A DNA stretch of 64,000 bases from Gaiellaceae bacterium (GCA_036496985.1 DASXKE010000202.1:4678-68677); one strand, 5' to 3'; positions 46,700-55,668 are shown, counted from the first letter of the stretch. A program made the numbers and translations. Notes: generated by a model not told the origin, from the sequence alone.

Positions 46700-46705
46700 C
46701 TCGCG

Positions 46706-47731
46706 ATGGCCGCGCTCGCCCGCGACCTCGGGGCGATCGCCGCCGACACCGGCTTCTCCGGAGTCGTCCGCGTCGACGGCCAGGATGGCATCGAGGTCAT
46801 CCGCGCCTACGGGCTCGCCGATCGCGCGCACGGAATCCCGAACGAAGCGGACACCCAATTCGGCGTCGCGAGCGGCTCGAAGGGCTTCACGGCACTCGTG
46901 GTGATGCGTCTCGTCGAGGACGGAGTGATCGAGCTCTCGACGACGGCACGATCGATCCTCGGCTCGGATCTCCCGCTGATCGACGATCGCGTCACGGTCG
47001 AACACCTGCTCGCGCACCGGTCGGGGATCGGCGACTACCTCGACGAGGAGCTCGACCTGGACCTGTCCGAGTACCTCATGCCGGTTCCGGTGCAGCAGCT
47101 CGCCTCGACTGAGTCGTATCTCGACGCCCTCGACGGACACGCCCAGAAGTTCGAGCCCGGCGAGCGCTTCGCCTATTGCAACGGCGGGTACGTCGTGCTC
47201 GCGCTCATCGCGGAGCGCGCGGCCCGGGCGCCGTTCCACGAGCTTGTCCACGACCTCGTCTGCAGTCCGGCGGAGATGAGCGACACCGCGTTCCTGCGGT
47301 CGGACGAGCTGCCGGGGCGTGCGGCTTTCGGCTACGTGCAGGTCGACGGCGCGTGGCGCACGAACGTGTTCCATCTGCCCATCCGCGGCAGCGGCGACGG
47401 CGGCGCGTACACGACGGCTGCGGACGTGGCGAAGTTCTGGCGCGCACTCTTCGCAGGTTCGATCGTCGGCGAGGAGACACTCGTGGAGATGCTCAGGAAG
47501 CGAAGCGACGCTCGCGCCGACCGCGGCTACGGGCTCGGCTTCTGGCTTCCGGCCGAAAGCGGTGCGGCGCTGCTCGTGGGATCCGACTCCGGCGTCGCCT
47601 TCCGCAGCGCCCACGATCCGGATCGCGACGGCACGTGGACGCTGCTCTCGAACACCCGCGACGGCCCGAGCGCAATCGCCGGGAGGCTCGAGCAGGAGCG
47701 CACCGGAAGGAGCTCCGGCAGCCCGCGGTAA
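46706..47731 (+). CDS. Serine hydrolase, beta-lactamase (class C/PBP4*-like) family
   Basis: SxxK (ASGSKGF) and YxN (YCNGGY). Confidence 0.8.
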   Translation: MAALARDLGAIAADTGFSGVVRVDGQDGIEVIRAYGLADRAHGIPNEADTQFGVASGSKGFTALVVMRLVEDGVIELSTTARSILGSDLPLIDDRVTVEHLLAHRSGIGDYLDEELDLDLSEYLMPVPVQQLASTESYLDALDGHAQKFEPGERFAYCNGGYVVLALIAERAARAPFHELVHDLVCSPAEMSDTAFLRSDELPGRAAFGYVQVDGAWRTNVFHLPIRGSGDGGAYTTAADVAKFWRALFAGSIVGEETLVEMLRKRSDARADRGYGLGFWLPAESGAALLVGSDSGVAFRSAHDPDRDGTWTLLSNTRDGPSAIAGRLEQERTGRSSGSPR

Positions 47732-47734
47732 GGT
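47729..47734 (+). promoter_or_regulatory. -10-like box TAAGGT, 6 nt upstream of GTG 47741
   Basis: Read directly. It overlaps the upstream stop codon. Confidence 0.35.
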
Positions 47735-47740
47735 CTCGCC

Positions 47741-49549
47741 GTGCCGTCGCTCGCCGACACCACGATTCGCCTGCTCGGACAGGAGCCGCTCGCCGGACGC
47801 GTTCCGGCCTCCGAGCAGCTCCGGCTCGCCGAGATCCTCGACAAGGCCGGCTTCGCGTACCTCGAGGTCTCGGGCGGCGGGTGCTTCGACTCGGCCGTCA
47901 AGCGCGGGGTCGAGAGCCCGTGGGAACGGATCCGCGCGCTCAAGGCGCGGGTCAAGACGCCGCTCGGGCTCGCCTTGCGCGGCCGCTTCCTCGTCGGCTC
48001 GCGCCCGGTGGACGCCGACTTCTCGCGCCGCTTCGTCGCCTCGGCTGCGGCGAACGGCATCGACGTCTTCCGGCTCCACGACCCGCTCAACGACGTCTCG
48101 AACCTGCGCGAGGCCGCCGAGGCGATCATCGCCGCAGACCGGGACTTCGAGGCCGGGCTCGTCTACAGCCACGGCGGCGCCGCCGAGATCGAGACGCTCA
48201 TCGAACGGGCCAGGATGCTGCCGGAGCTCGGCGCGGTGCGCGTGCTCCTGCACGACCCGACCGGCTCGCTGCAGCCGCACACGGCCGAGGAGCTCGTGCA
48301 CGCGCTCGCCGACGCGAGCGGGCTTCCGGTCGGGATCTACGCGCAGGGAGCAGGCGGCAGCGCCCTCGCCGTCTCGCTCGCGGCGTCTCGCGCGGGCGCA
48401 CAGCTCATCGCCTGCGCGATCTATCCGCTCGCGCTGACGTTGCACCGGGTCTCGGGCGAGGCGCTTGCGGAGGCGCTCAGCGGTTCCGGACTGAACCCGG
48501 GCGTCGACGTCGACGCGCTCTGGGAGGCGACCGACCTCGTCGACGAGCACATCGGCGACGAGCTCGTCACTCCGCTCGTGCCGCGCATCGCCGTGCTCGC
48601 CGCGCGCCACGACCTGCCCGCCAGCGTCGTGGCCGGGATCGACCATTCGTTGCAGGCGGAGGGCGCCGGCGACCGGCTCGACGAGGTGCTGGCGGAGCTC
48701 GACCGCATCCGCGCCGAGACCGGCTGGCCGCCGCTCGCGTCCCCGATCGGCCAGGTGCTCGCGACGCAGGCGATCATCAACGTCCTCTCTGCGAGCCGCT
48801 ACCTCGTCGTCGTCGACGAGGTGCGGAGCCTCGTGGCCGGCGCCTTCGGCAGGCCGCCCGCTCCGGTCGACCCGGCGCTCGAGCGCGTCGTCCAGCTGAC
48901 GGCCGACCCCGAGAGCGAGGAGGACGTCACGCCGCCGCTCGACGAGGTGCGTGAGCGCGCCGAGGGCATCGCGACGAGCGAGGAGGAGCTGCTGCTGCTC
49001 GGACTGTTCGGCGAAGATGCCGAGCAGCTGTTGCGCGGCATCCGCGGGCGCGGCCGGCGCGACGACGACAAGGCGGCGGTCGACGAGAAGCGAGCAGAGC
49101 GGGTGCGGGAGATCGTGCGGATCGTCGAGGAGTCGGGTATCGGGGAGGTCACGATCGAGGAGGACGGGATGCGAATCTCGGTTCGCTCGACGCCCGAATC
49201 GCCGGCGGACGGGAGCGGTACCGGTACCGGGTACTCGCCTTTAGCCGTTCCGGAGCCGGACGTGCCGGCTACGTCGGCGGTCGGCAGCGCCCTCGTCCGG
49301 GTCGAGTCCCCGATGGTCGGCACCTTCTACCGCGCGCCGCAGCCGGGCGCCCCATCGTTCGTGGAGGAGGGTGACGTCGTCGCTCCGGGCCAGACGCTCT
49401 GCATCCTCGAGGCCATGAAGCTCATGAACGAGGTCAAGGCCGAGGTCGAGGGCGTCGTGCGCGGCGTGCACGTCGAGAACGCGTCGCCCGTCGAGTTCGG
49501 GCAGCTCCTGTTCGAGCTCGAGCCGCTCGTCGGCCGGCCCGCGCTCTAG
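47741..49549 (+). CDS. Biotin carboxyl carrier domain fused to an oxaloacetate decarboxylase / pyruvate carboxylase-type carboxyltransferase-like domain
   Basis: The N-terminal ~450 aa resemble OadA/5S (DTTIR..GQ, FRLHDPLND, DRLDEVLAELDRIR..GWPPLASPIGQVLATQAIINVL). The C-terminus has the biotinylation motif CILEAMKLMNEV. The gene sits where accB normally lies, upstream of accC. Confidence 0.75.
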   Translation: MPSLADTTIRLLGQEPLAGRVPASEQLRLAEILDKAGFAYLEVSGGGCFDSAVKRGVESPWERIRALKARVKTPLGLALRGRFLVGSRPVDADFSRRFVASAAANGIDVFRLHDPLNDVSNLREAAEAIIAADRDFEAGLVYSHGGAAEIETLIERARMLPELGAVRVLLHDPTGSLQPHTAEELVHALADASGLPVGIYAQGAGGSALAVSLAASRAGAQLIACAIYPLALTLHRVSGEALAEALSGSGLNPGVDVDALWEATDLVDEHIGDELVTPLVPRIAVLAARHDLPASVVAGIDHSLQAEGAGDRLDEVLAELDRIRAETGWPPLASPIGQVLATQAIINVLSASRYLVVVDEVRSLVAGAFGRPPAPVDPALERVVQLTADPESEEDVTPPLDEVRERAEGIATSEEELLLLGLFGEDAEQLLRGIRGRGRRDDDKAAVDEKRAERVREIVRIVEESGIGEVTIEEDGMRISVRSTPESPADGSGTGTGYSPLAVPEPDVPATSAVGSALVRVESPMVGTFYRAPQPGAPSFVEEGDVVAPGQTLCILEAMKLMNEVKAEVEGVVRGVHVENASPVEFGQLLFELEPLVGRPAL

Positions 49550-50061
49550 TCCAGCCAGCCGTCGTAGCGCGTGAGCGCCGGCCGCTCCCAGCCCTCGTAG
49601 GCCTCCCCAGGATCCGTGGTCGTCTGCGCAGGTGCGGCGCCGTACTTCGCCGCGACGGGGTCGGCGACGTACTCGGTTCGGTCATCCTGTCGCGCGCCGA
49701 CCGCGACGACGATGATCGGCCCGCCGACGATGACGTGGGCCACGCCGGGCGGGCAGTGGAAGTAGTCCCACTGCCGCAGCGGACGCTCCTCACCTTCGAC
49801 AACGAGGGTTCCGGAGCCTCGCAGGACGAGGAATCCCTCCTGATCCCGCTCGCGGTGATAGCAGGCCATCGGCTGGCCCGGCCCCAGCACCTCGATTCCA
49901 ATGCCGAACTGCTCGAAGCGAGTGTCGCCGGCGAGATTCGAGATTCGCGCGTCGCCGGTCCGGCGCCAGCGCACGTCGCGGGCGTTGAGGACGAACCAGC
50001 CGTCTCCTTTGCACACCAGTCCGTGCTCGGTCTCCTCGAGCTGAGCCTCGGGGACGCTCAC
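49546..50061 (-). CDS. Cupin domain protein
   Basis: ACYHRERDQEGFLVLRGSG...PPGVAHVIVG is a two-motif cupin pattern. Start set at GTG 50061, which has TATGGT 6 nt upstream. Confidence 0.6.
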   Translation of the reverse strand: MSVPEAQLEETEHGLVCKGDGWFVLNARDVRWRRTGDARISNLAGDTRFEQFGIGIEVLGPGQPMACYHRERDQEGFLVLRGSGTLVVEGEERPLRQWDYFHCPPGVAHVIVGGPIIVVAVGARQDDRTEYVADPVAAKYGAAPAQTTTDPGEAYEGWERPALTRYDGWLD

Positions 50062-50067
50062 GGCCTG

Positions 50068-50077
50068 ACCATAGACT
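50068..50077. promoter_or_regulatory. Overlapping back-to-back -10-like boxes: TATGGT (minus, cupin) and TAGACT (plus, accC), each 6 nt from a GTG start
   Basis: Read directly in the 22-bp divergent gap. Confidence 0.45.
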
Positions 50078-50083
50078 CTCGCC

Positions 50084-51445
50084 GTGTTCAACCGTGTCCT
50101 TGTGGCCAACCGCGGCGAGATCGCCGTGCGCGTGATCCGGGCTCTGCACGAGCTCGGCATCCAGGCGGTTGCCGTCTATTCGACGGCCGACGAAGACGCG
50201 CTTCACGTGCGCCTCGCCGACCGCGCGGTCCGCATCGGACCGCCCGCCGCGGCCGAGAGCTACCTTCGGATCCCCGCTCTGATCGCGGCGGCCGAGACCA
50301 CGGGCTGCGAAGCCGTCCATCCCGGTTACGGCTTCGTCTCCGAGAACGCCGACTTCGTCCGCGCGTGCGAGGACAACGACCTCGTCTTCATCGGTCCGTC
50401 GGCGGACGTGATGGAGCGGATGGGCGACAAGGCGCGCGCGAAGGCTGAGATGCGCGCCGCCGGTGTGCCTCTGGTGCCCGGCGCCGAGGGGATTGCCGGG
50501 CCAGACGATGCGCTCGCGGCTGCGGAGGAGCTCGGCTTCCCCGTGCTGCTCAAGGCCGCGGCGGGCGGAGGCGGCAAGGGCATGCGGGCAGTCGCCGAGC
50601 CAGGCAAGGTCCGTGACGCCTACGAGCGCGCGTCGGCCGAGGCTCAGGCCGCGTTCGGCGACGGGTCGCTCTACGTCGAGAAGGTCATCACGCCGGCGCG
50701 CCACGTCGAGATCCAGGTGCTTTGCGACCACCACGGCCACGTCCTCACCTGCGGCGAGCGCGAATGCTCCGTCCAGCGCCGCCACCAGAAGCTGATCGAG
50801 GAATCCCCGTCGCCGGCGCTCGACGACGAGCGGCGCGAGGAGATGGAGGCCGCCGCCGAGCTCGCCTGCCGGCACATCGGCTACCGCAACGCCGGCACGT
50901 TCGAGTTCCTCGTCGGGCCGGACGGCTCGTTCTCCTTCATCGAGCTGAACGCTCGGCTCCAGGTCGAGCACCCGGTGACGGAATCGATCATCGGCATCGA
51001 CATCGTCCGCGAACAGGTCCGCATCGCCGCCGGCGCCGAGCTCGCCCACGGCGGCCGAGCAGGGCCACGCCGCGGCCACGCGATCGAGCTGCGGATCAAC
51101 GCCGAGGATCCGTCGCGCGGCTTCGCGCCGGCTCCGGGGCGGATCGAGCGGTTCCGGCCGCCGCTCGGCGCGGGCGTACGTATCGACACGTTCGTTGAGG
51201 AGGGGACGACGATCAGCCCGTACTACGACTCGCTGATCGCGAAGCTCATCGTGGTCGACAACAGCCGCCGCCTCACGATCGCACGCGCGCTGCGCGCGCT
51301 CGACGAGTTCGAGATCGCCGGAGTTCCGACCACGCGCGAGGTGCTCCGCGAGATCCTCGACAGCGACGAGTTCCGCAGCGGCGACTACTCGACGTCCTTT
51401 CTCGAGGAGGCCGGCGCGCGGCTCCCGGCACTGGCGGGCTCGTGA
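50084..51445 (+). CDS. accC: Acetyl-CoA carboxylase biotin carboxylase subunit
   Basis: VLVANRGEIAVRVIRA, the ATP-grasp motif LLKAAAGGGGKGMR, and ERECSVQRRHQKLIEE. Confidence 0.92.
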   Translation: MFNRVLVANRGEIAVRVIRALHELGIQAVAVYSTADEDALHVRLADRAVRIGPPAAAESYLRIPALIAAAETTGCEAVHPGYGFVSENADFVRACEDNDLVFIGPSADVMERMGDKARAKAEMRAAGVPLVPGAEGIAGPDDALAAAEELGFPVLLKAAAGGGGKGMRAVAEPGKVRDAYERASAEAQAAFGDGSLYVEKVITPARHVEIQVLCDHHGHVLTCGERECSVQRRHQKLIEESPSPALDDERREEMEAAAELACRHIGYRNAGTFEFLVGPDGSFSFIELNARLQVEHPVTESIIGIDIVREQVRIAAGAELAHGGRAGPRRGHAIELRINAEDPSRGFAPAPGRIERFRPPLGAGVRIDTFVEEGTTISPYYDSLIAKLIVVDNSRRLTIARALRALDEFEIAGVPTTREVLREILDSDEFRSGDYSTSFLEEAGARLPALAGS

Positions 51446-51753
51446 GCCGGGTACTCGTGCAGGAGAGCGGCGGGTCGGTGCGCGTGAGCGAGGCGGCGCT
51501 GACCGAGGTGGTGCGGCGGGCGGTTGCGTCGGTCGACGGCGCACAGCTGCGCAAAGGACGCCGGCGGCTCGGCGTCGAGCTCGAGGGAGGCCGCGCGCGG
51601 GCCGAGCTGCAGCTCGCCGTGGCGTACGGCCGCGTCCTCCCGGACGTGTCCGTGGCCGTGCAGGAGCGGGTCGCCGACATGCTCGCGCGGACGTTCGACG
51701 TCGAGGTCGAGGCGGTCGACGTGACGGTGGAGCAGCTCGAACGTGGCCGGTAG
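51442..51753 (+). CDS. Asp23/Gls24 family envelope stress protein
   Basis: About 100 aa with V.VSEAALTEVVRRAV...V.V.V..L. Conserved position between accC and nusB. Confidence 0.7.
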   Translation: MSRVLVQESGGSVRVSEAALTEVVRRAVASVDGAQLRKGRRRLGVELEGGRARAELQLAVAYGRVLPDVSVAVQERVADMLARTFDVEVEAVDVTVEQLERGR

Positions 51754-52135
51754 CGCCGTCAGCCGCCGCGAGGCGCGCCGTGCGGCCGTCTTCATGCTGT
51801 TCCAGTGGGACGTGACGGGCCGGCCACTCGGCTCGCTCTACGAGGGCGAGGTCGACGACTACACGCTGCGATTGGCCGAGGCGGTGAGCGAGCACGCGGC
51901 CGCGCTCGACGCGCGCATCACGTCCGCCTCTGACGACTGGACGGCCGACCGGCTCGGCGCGGTCGAGCGCAACGTCCTCCGGGTCGCGCTCGAAGAGCTC
52001 GACGAGGCGGAAGTGCCGCTCGAGGTCGTCCTCGACGAAGCGGTGACGCTTGCGAAGCGCTACGCGTCCGAAGATGCTGCGAGGCTGGTGAACGGGATCC
52101 TGGGAAAACTCGTGCGGGAAGGGCAGACAACATGA
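51743..52135 (+). CDS. nusB: Transcription antitermination factor NusB
   Basis: SRREARRAAVFMLFQWD, ADRLGAVERNVLRVAL, LAKRYASEDAARLVNGILG. Confidence 0.85.
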   Translation: MAGSAVSRREARRAAVFMLFQWDVTGRPLGSLYEGEVDDYTLRLAEAVSEHAAALDARITSASDDWTADRLGAVERNVLRVALEELDEAEVPLEVVLDEAVTLAKRYASEDAARLVNGILGKLVREGQTT

Positions 52136-52272
52136 GCGTAGGCTCGACGGAGCTCAGCAGGGAGCGGAGGTGCCGGCTTTGCCGGCGCCGGGAGCGGGAA
52201 GCTGAGCGTAGGCTCGACGGAGCTCATCAGGGAGCGGAGGTGCCGGCTTTGCTGGCGCCGGGAGCGGGAAAT
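52133..52272. repeat. Tandem direct repeat, 2 x 70 bp, each unit carrying a 9-bp GC hairpin
   Basis: Units 52133-52202 and 52203-52272 differ at two internal positions (52157/52227 and 52183/53253-equivalent 52253) and in the last two bases of the unit. Each contains GGTGCCGGC-TTT-GCCGGCGCC (52169-52189 and 52239-52259). Confidence 0.85.
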
Positions 52273-52481
52273 TGAACGCTGACGAATCGCTGACTCGGGC
52301 CGAGGAGCTGCTGGCGCGGGTCGAGGCCGTGCGGGCCGAGCTCGAGCACCTCAGCGAGGGAGACGGCCGCTCGCCCGACCGCGCGATCGAGCTGCTCGGC
52401 GAGCTCTCGGAGCTTGCAAAGGCGGTCGAAGACGAGCTGACGCGCGCGCAAAGGGCGGCGGAGGGCGATGCCGATGCTTGA
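52272..52481 (+). CDS. Small helical protein, possibly exodeoxyribonuclease VII small subunit-like
   Basis: 69 aa with a TTG start and two acidic helices (LTRAEELLARVEAVRAELE...AIELLGELSELAKAVEDEL). It occupies the slot before the polyprenyl synthase, as xseB does in Bacillus. No xseA is present in the window. Confidence 0.35.
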   Translation: MNADESLTRAEELLARVEAVRAELEHLSEGDGRSPDRAIELLGELSELAKAVEDELTRAQRAAEGDADA

Positions 52482-53253
52482 TTTCCACGGGCCTGAGGAG
52501 CTGAAGGCTCTCGTCGACGAGGCGCTCGAGCGGCTGGAGCTCTGGCCGGAGCTGCACGGCCAGGCGGAGTCGGTGCGCTATGCCCTCGAGGTCGGCGGCA
52601 AGCGGGTGCGGCCCGTGATCACGCTTGCGGTCGGCCAGGCGCTCGGTGCTCCGGTCGACCAGGTGATGCCCGCGGCGCTCGCGATCGAGCTCGTCCACAC
52701 GTTCTCGCTCGTCCACGACGACCTGCCCGCGATGGACGACGACGAGGAACGGCGCGGCCAACCCTCGACGTGGAAGAAGTTCGGCGAGGGAGTCGGCGTC
52801 CTTGCCGGAGACGCGCTGGTCGCGGAGGCGTTCCGGCTCGCTGCGCGCTACGAGTCGTCGGCCGTCGCGCGCGAGCTCGCCGAGGCGACGCTCGGCATGA
52901 TCGGCGGCCAGTACCTCGACACGATGGTCGAGGGCTACGACCTTGCCGCGGTGCACCGCCTCAAGACCGGACGGCTCTTCTACGCGTCGGTGACGATGGC
53001 GCTCTGGGCGGCTGCGCTGCCCGAGGACGATCAGACACCATGGCGGGCGTTTGCGGAGGAGCTCGGGCTCCTGTTCCAGATCGTCGACGACATCCTCGAC
53101 GCCGACGGCTACGTACGCGAGCACGGAGCCGAGAGCGCCCGCCGCTACGCCGACGAGGCGGCCGAGCGGGCACGTGAGAGGCTCGACGAGATCGACTCGG
53201 ACACGACGGTCCTTCGCGACATCGTCGACGGGCTCGCGGTGCGGACGGCATGA
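52468..53253 (+). CDS. Polyprenyl diphosphate synthase (FPP/GGPP synthase family)
   Basis: First Asp-rich motif LVHDDLPAMDDDEERRG. Second motif FQIVDDILD. Confidence 0.88.
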   Translation: MPMLDFHGPEELKALVDEALERLELWPELHGQAESVRYALEVGGKRVRPVITLAVGQALGAPVDQVMPAALAIELVHTFSLVHDDLPAMDDDEERRGQPSTWKKFGEGVGVLAGDALVAEAFRLAARYESSAVARELAEATLGMIGGQYLDTMVEGYDLAAVHRLKTGRLFYASVTMALWAAALPEDDQTPWRAFAEELGLLFQIVDDILDADGYVREHGAESARRYADEAAERARERLDEIDSDTTVLRDIVDGLAVRTA

Positions 53254-54896
53254 GCGCGGTAACGGCGGCCGCCGAGAGCGCCCCGGCGAAGCGCAGCTGG
53301 CTCCCGCTCGGGATCCTCGGCGCGGCGCAGTTCGTGATGGTGCTCGACTCGAGCGTCATGAACGTCTCGATCTCCCAGATCGTCCACGACCTGAACACGT
53401 CGATTCAGGGCGTGCAGACGGCGATCACGATGTACACGCTCGTGATGGCGGCGTTCATGCTCGTCGGAGCGAAGCTCGGAGACATGTTCGGCCGCGACCG
53501 GATCTTCGCGATCGGCCTCGCGGTCTACGCCTGCGGGTCCCTGACGACGGCGCTGAGCCCGAACCTCACGGTGCTCCTGATCGGCTGGTCGCTGGTTGAG
53601 GGAATCGGCGCCGTGATGGTGATCCCGGCGATCGCCGCGCTCATCGCCTCGAATTACGAGGGGAAGCAGCGCGCGCTCGCGTACGGCGTCATCGGCGGCG
53701 TCGCCGGAGCCGCGATCGCGGCAGGCCCGCTGATCGGCGGCTGGGTGACCACGGAGCTCAGCTGGCGGTACGTCTTTGCGGGAGAGGTCGTGATCGTGAT
53801 CGGGGTGCTGCTCTTCCGGCGGCGGATGATCCCTGCGCCGGCGGTCGCCCACAGGCCGAAGCTCGACGTGGTCGGCGCGACGCTTTCCGCGCTCGGCTTC
53901 GGACTCGCCGTGTTCGGGATCCTGCAGAGCAGCACGTGGGGCTGGATCCAGCCGAAGTCGCCGCCGACGATCGGCGGCCACGAGATCACGCCGTTCGGCT
54001 TCTCGCCCGTACCGTTCCTCATCTTCGGCGGGCTCGTCTTCCTCGCGCTCTTCAAGTCTTGGGAGGAGCGGCGGGAGCGCCAGGGCAAGGACGTCTTGCT
54101 CAAGCGAGGACTGGTGAAGATCCCGACACTCGGTGCCGGGCTCGGGACGCTCGCGATGATGCAGCTCGTCCTGCTCGGGACATTCTTCGTGCTGCCCGTG
54201 TACCTGCAGGTGGTGCTCGGGCTCGACGCGTTCGAGACCGGCAAGCGCCTCTTCCCGATGTCCGTATCGATGCTGGTGGCCGCGCTCGCGGGGCCGCGGC
54301 TGGCCGGCCGCTTTGCGCCGAAATGGGTCTGTCAGGCCGGGCTCGGGGCGATGACGCTCGCCGCCCTCGTCCTGATGGGGACGATCGACGTGACGCTCCA
54401 CGGGACGGCGTTCTCGCTCTCGCTCATCCTGTTCGGGATCGGCGCGGGGCTGTTGATGTCGCAGGTCGGCAACGTGATCATGTCGTCGGCACCACCCGAG
54501 AGCGCGAACGAGGCGGGGGGCCTCCAGGGCACGGCCCAGAACCTCGGCGCGTCGCTCGGCACGGCCCTCATCGGCGCCATCCTGCTCACGTCGCTCACCG
54601 CAAGCTTCGTCTCGCGCGTCTCCGAGAACCCGGCGCTGCCGCAGGACGTGCGGACGAGCATCACGACGCAGGCGAAGAAGGGCATCGACATCGTCCCGGT
54701 CGACCAGGTGCAGAAGGCCGCGGTCGACGCGGGCCTCCCGGCCGAGCAGGCGGACGCCCTGGCGGCCGACTACGGCAACGCGCAGCTCGACGGGCTGAAG
54801 CGGGCGCTGCTCGGAGTTGCGATCCTGGCCGCGGCCGGGCTGTACTTCACGCGGCGCCTGCCGTCGAAGCCGCTCGAGCCCGCGGCGCCGGACTAG
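53250..54896 (+). CDS. MFS transporter, DHA2 (14-TM EmrB/QacA) family
   Basis: 14 hydrophobic segments and the motif A-like GKLGDMFGRDRIF. Confidence 0.85.
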   Translation: MSAVTAAAESAPAKRSWLPLGILGAAQFVMVLDSSVMNVSISQIVHDLNTSIQGVQTAITMYTLVMAAFMLVGAKLGDMFGRDRIFAIGLAVYACGSLTTALSPNLTVLLIGWSLVEGIGAVMVIPAIAALIASNYEGKQRALAYGVIGGVAGAAIAAGPLIGGWVTTELSWRYVFAGEVVIVIGVLLFRRRMIPAPAVAHRPKLDVVGATLSALGFGLAVFGILQSSTWGWIQPKSPPTIGGHEITPFGFSPVPFLIFGGLVFLALFKSWEERRERQGKDVLLKRGLVKIPTLGAGLGTLAMMQLVLLGTFFVLPVYLQVVLGLDAFETGKRLFPMSVSMLVAALAGPRLAGRFAPKWVCQAGLGAMTLAALVLMGTIDVTLHGTAFSLSLILFGIGAGLLMSQVGNVIMSSAPPESANEAGGLQGTAQNLGASLGTALIGAILLTSLTASFVSRVSENPALPQDVRTSITTQAKKGIDIVPVDQVQKAAVDAGLPAEQADALAADYGNAQLDGLKRALLGVAILAAAGLYFTRRLPSKPLEPAAPD

Positions 54897-54897
54897 C

Positions 54898-55668
54898 GTG
54901 GCGCGGAAGCGCCTCGACGTCGTCCTCGTCGAGCGCGGCCTCGCGGAGTCCCGGGCTCAGGCGCAGGCGATCGTGCTCGCCGGGCTCGTGTCCGGTTACG
55001 ACAAGCCGGGCCAGCCGGTGGCCGAGGATGCGGAGCTCGTCGTCGAGCAACCGCCTCCGTACGTCTCGCGTGGCGGCGAGAAGCTCGCGCACGGACTCGA
55101 CGCGCTCGCCGTCGATCCGACGAACCTCGACTGCGTCGACGTGGGGGCGTCGACCGGCGGCTTCACCGACGTGCTCCTGCAGCGAGGCGCGAGCCGGGTG
55201 ATTGCGATCGACGTCGGCTACGGCCAGCTGCACCCGCGCATCCGAGGCGATGAGCGCGTCACGGTGCTCGAGCGGACGAATGCACGGACGCTCTCGGAGC
55301 TGCCGTTCAAGCCGCAACTCGCGGTCTGCGACGTCTCCTTCATCTCGGTCCGTCTCGCGCTCCCGCCGGTGCTTCGCCTCTGTGCGCCCGGTTGGCAGGC
55401 GGTCGTGCTCGTCAAGCCGCAGTTCGAGGCGGGTCGCGCCGACGTGGGGAAGGGAGGTGTGGTTCGCGACGACGACGTGCGGCGCCGCGTGGTGCGTGAG
55501 GTCGCCGAGGCGGCGTTGTCGTGGCGGGCGAGCGTGCGCGGAGTCGTAGACTCGGGGCTCCCGGGGCCGAAAGGGAACCGGGAGCTCTTCCTCCACCTCG
55601 AGAACTCCGAGCACCCGACGCTTCCCGATGACCTCGACGAGCGGATCGAGCACGCACTCGCCGGTTGA
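54898..55668 (+). CDS. tlyA: TlyA family rRNA (cytidine-2'-O)-methyltransferase
   Basis: S4 domain RLDVVLVERGLAESRAQAQ, YVSRGGEKL, DVGASTGGFTDVLLQRGA. Confidence 0.85.
   Translation: MARKRLDVVLVERGLAESRAQAQAIVLAGLVSGYDKPGQPVAEDAELVVEQPPPYVSRGGEKLAHGLDALAVDPTNLDCVDVGASTGGFTDVLLQRGASRVIAIDVGYGQLHPRIRGDERVTVLERTNARTLSELPFKPQLAVCDVSFISVRLALPPVLRLCAPGWQAVVLVKPQFEAGRADVGKGGVVRDDDVRRRVVREVAEAALSWRASVRGVVDSGLPGPKGNRELFLHLENSEHPTLPDDLDERIEHALAG

Noticed and set aside
45623-48646. 1007-aa minus-strand ORF
   Set aside because: It is antisense to the lipoprotein, efp, beta-lactamase-family and BCCP-fusion genes. It has no recognisable motifs and is a high-GC artefact.
52133-52272. Possible CRISPR array
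   Set aside because: There are only two directly abutting repeat units with no spacers, and no cas genes in the window.
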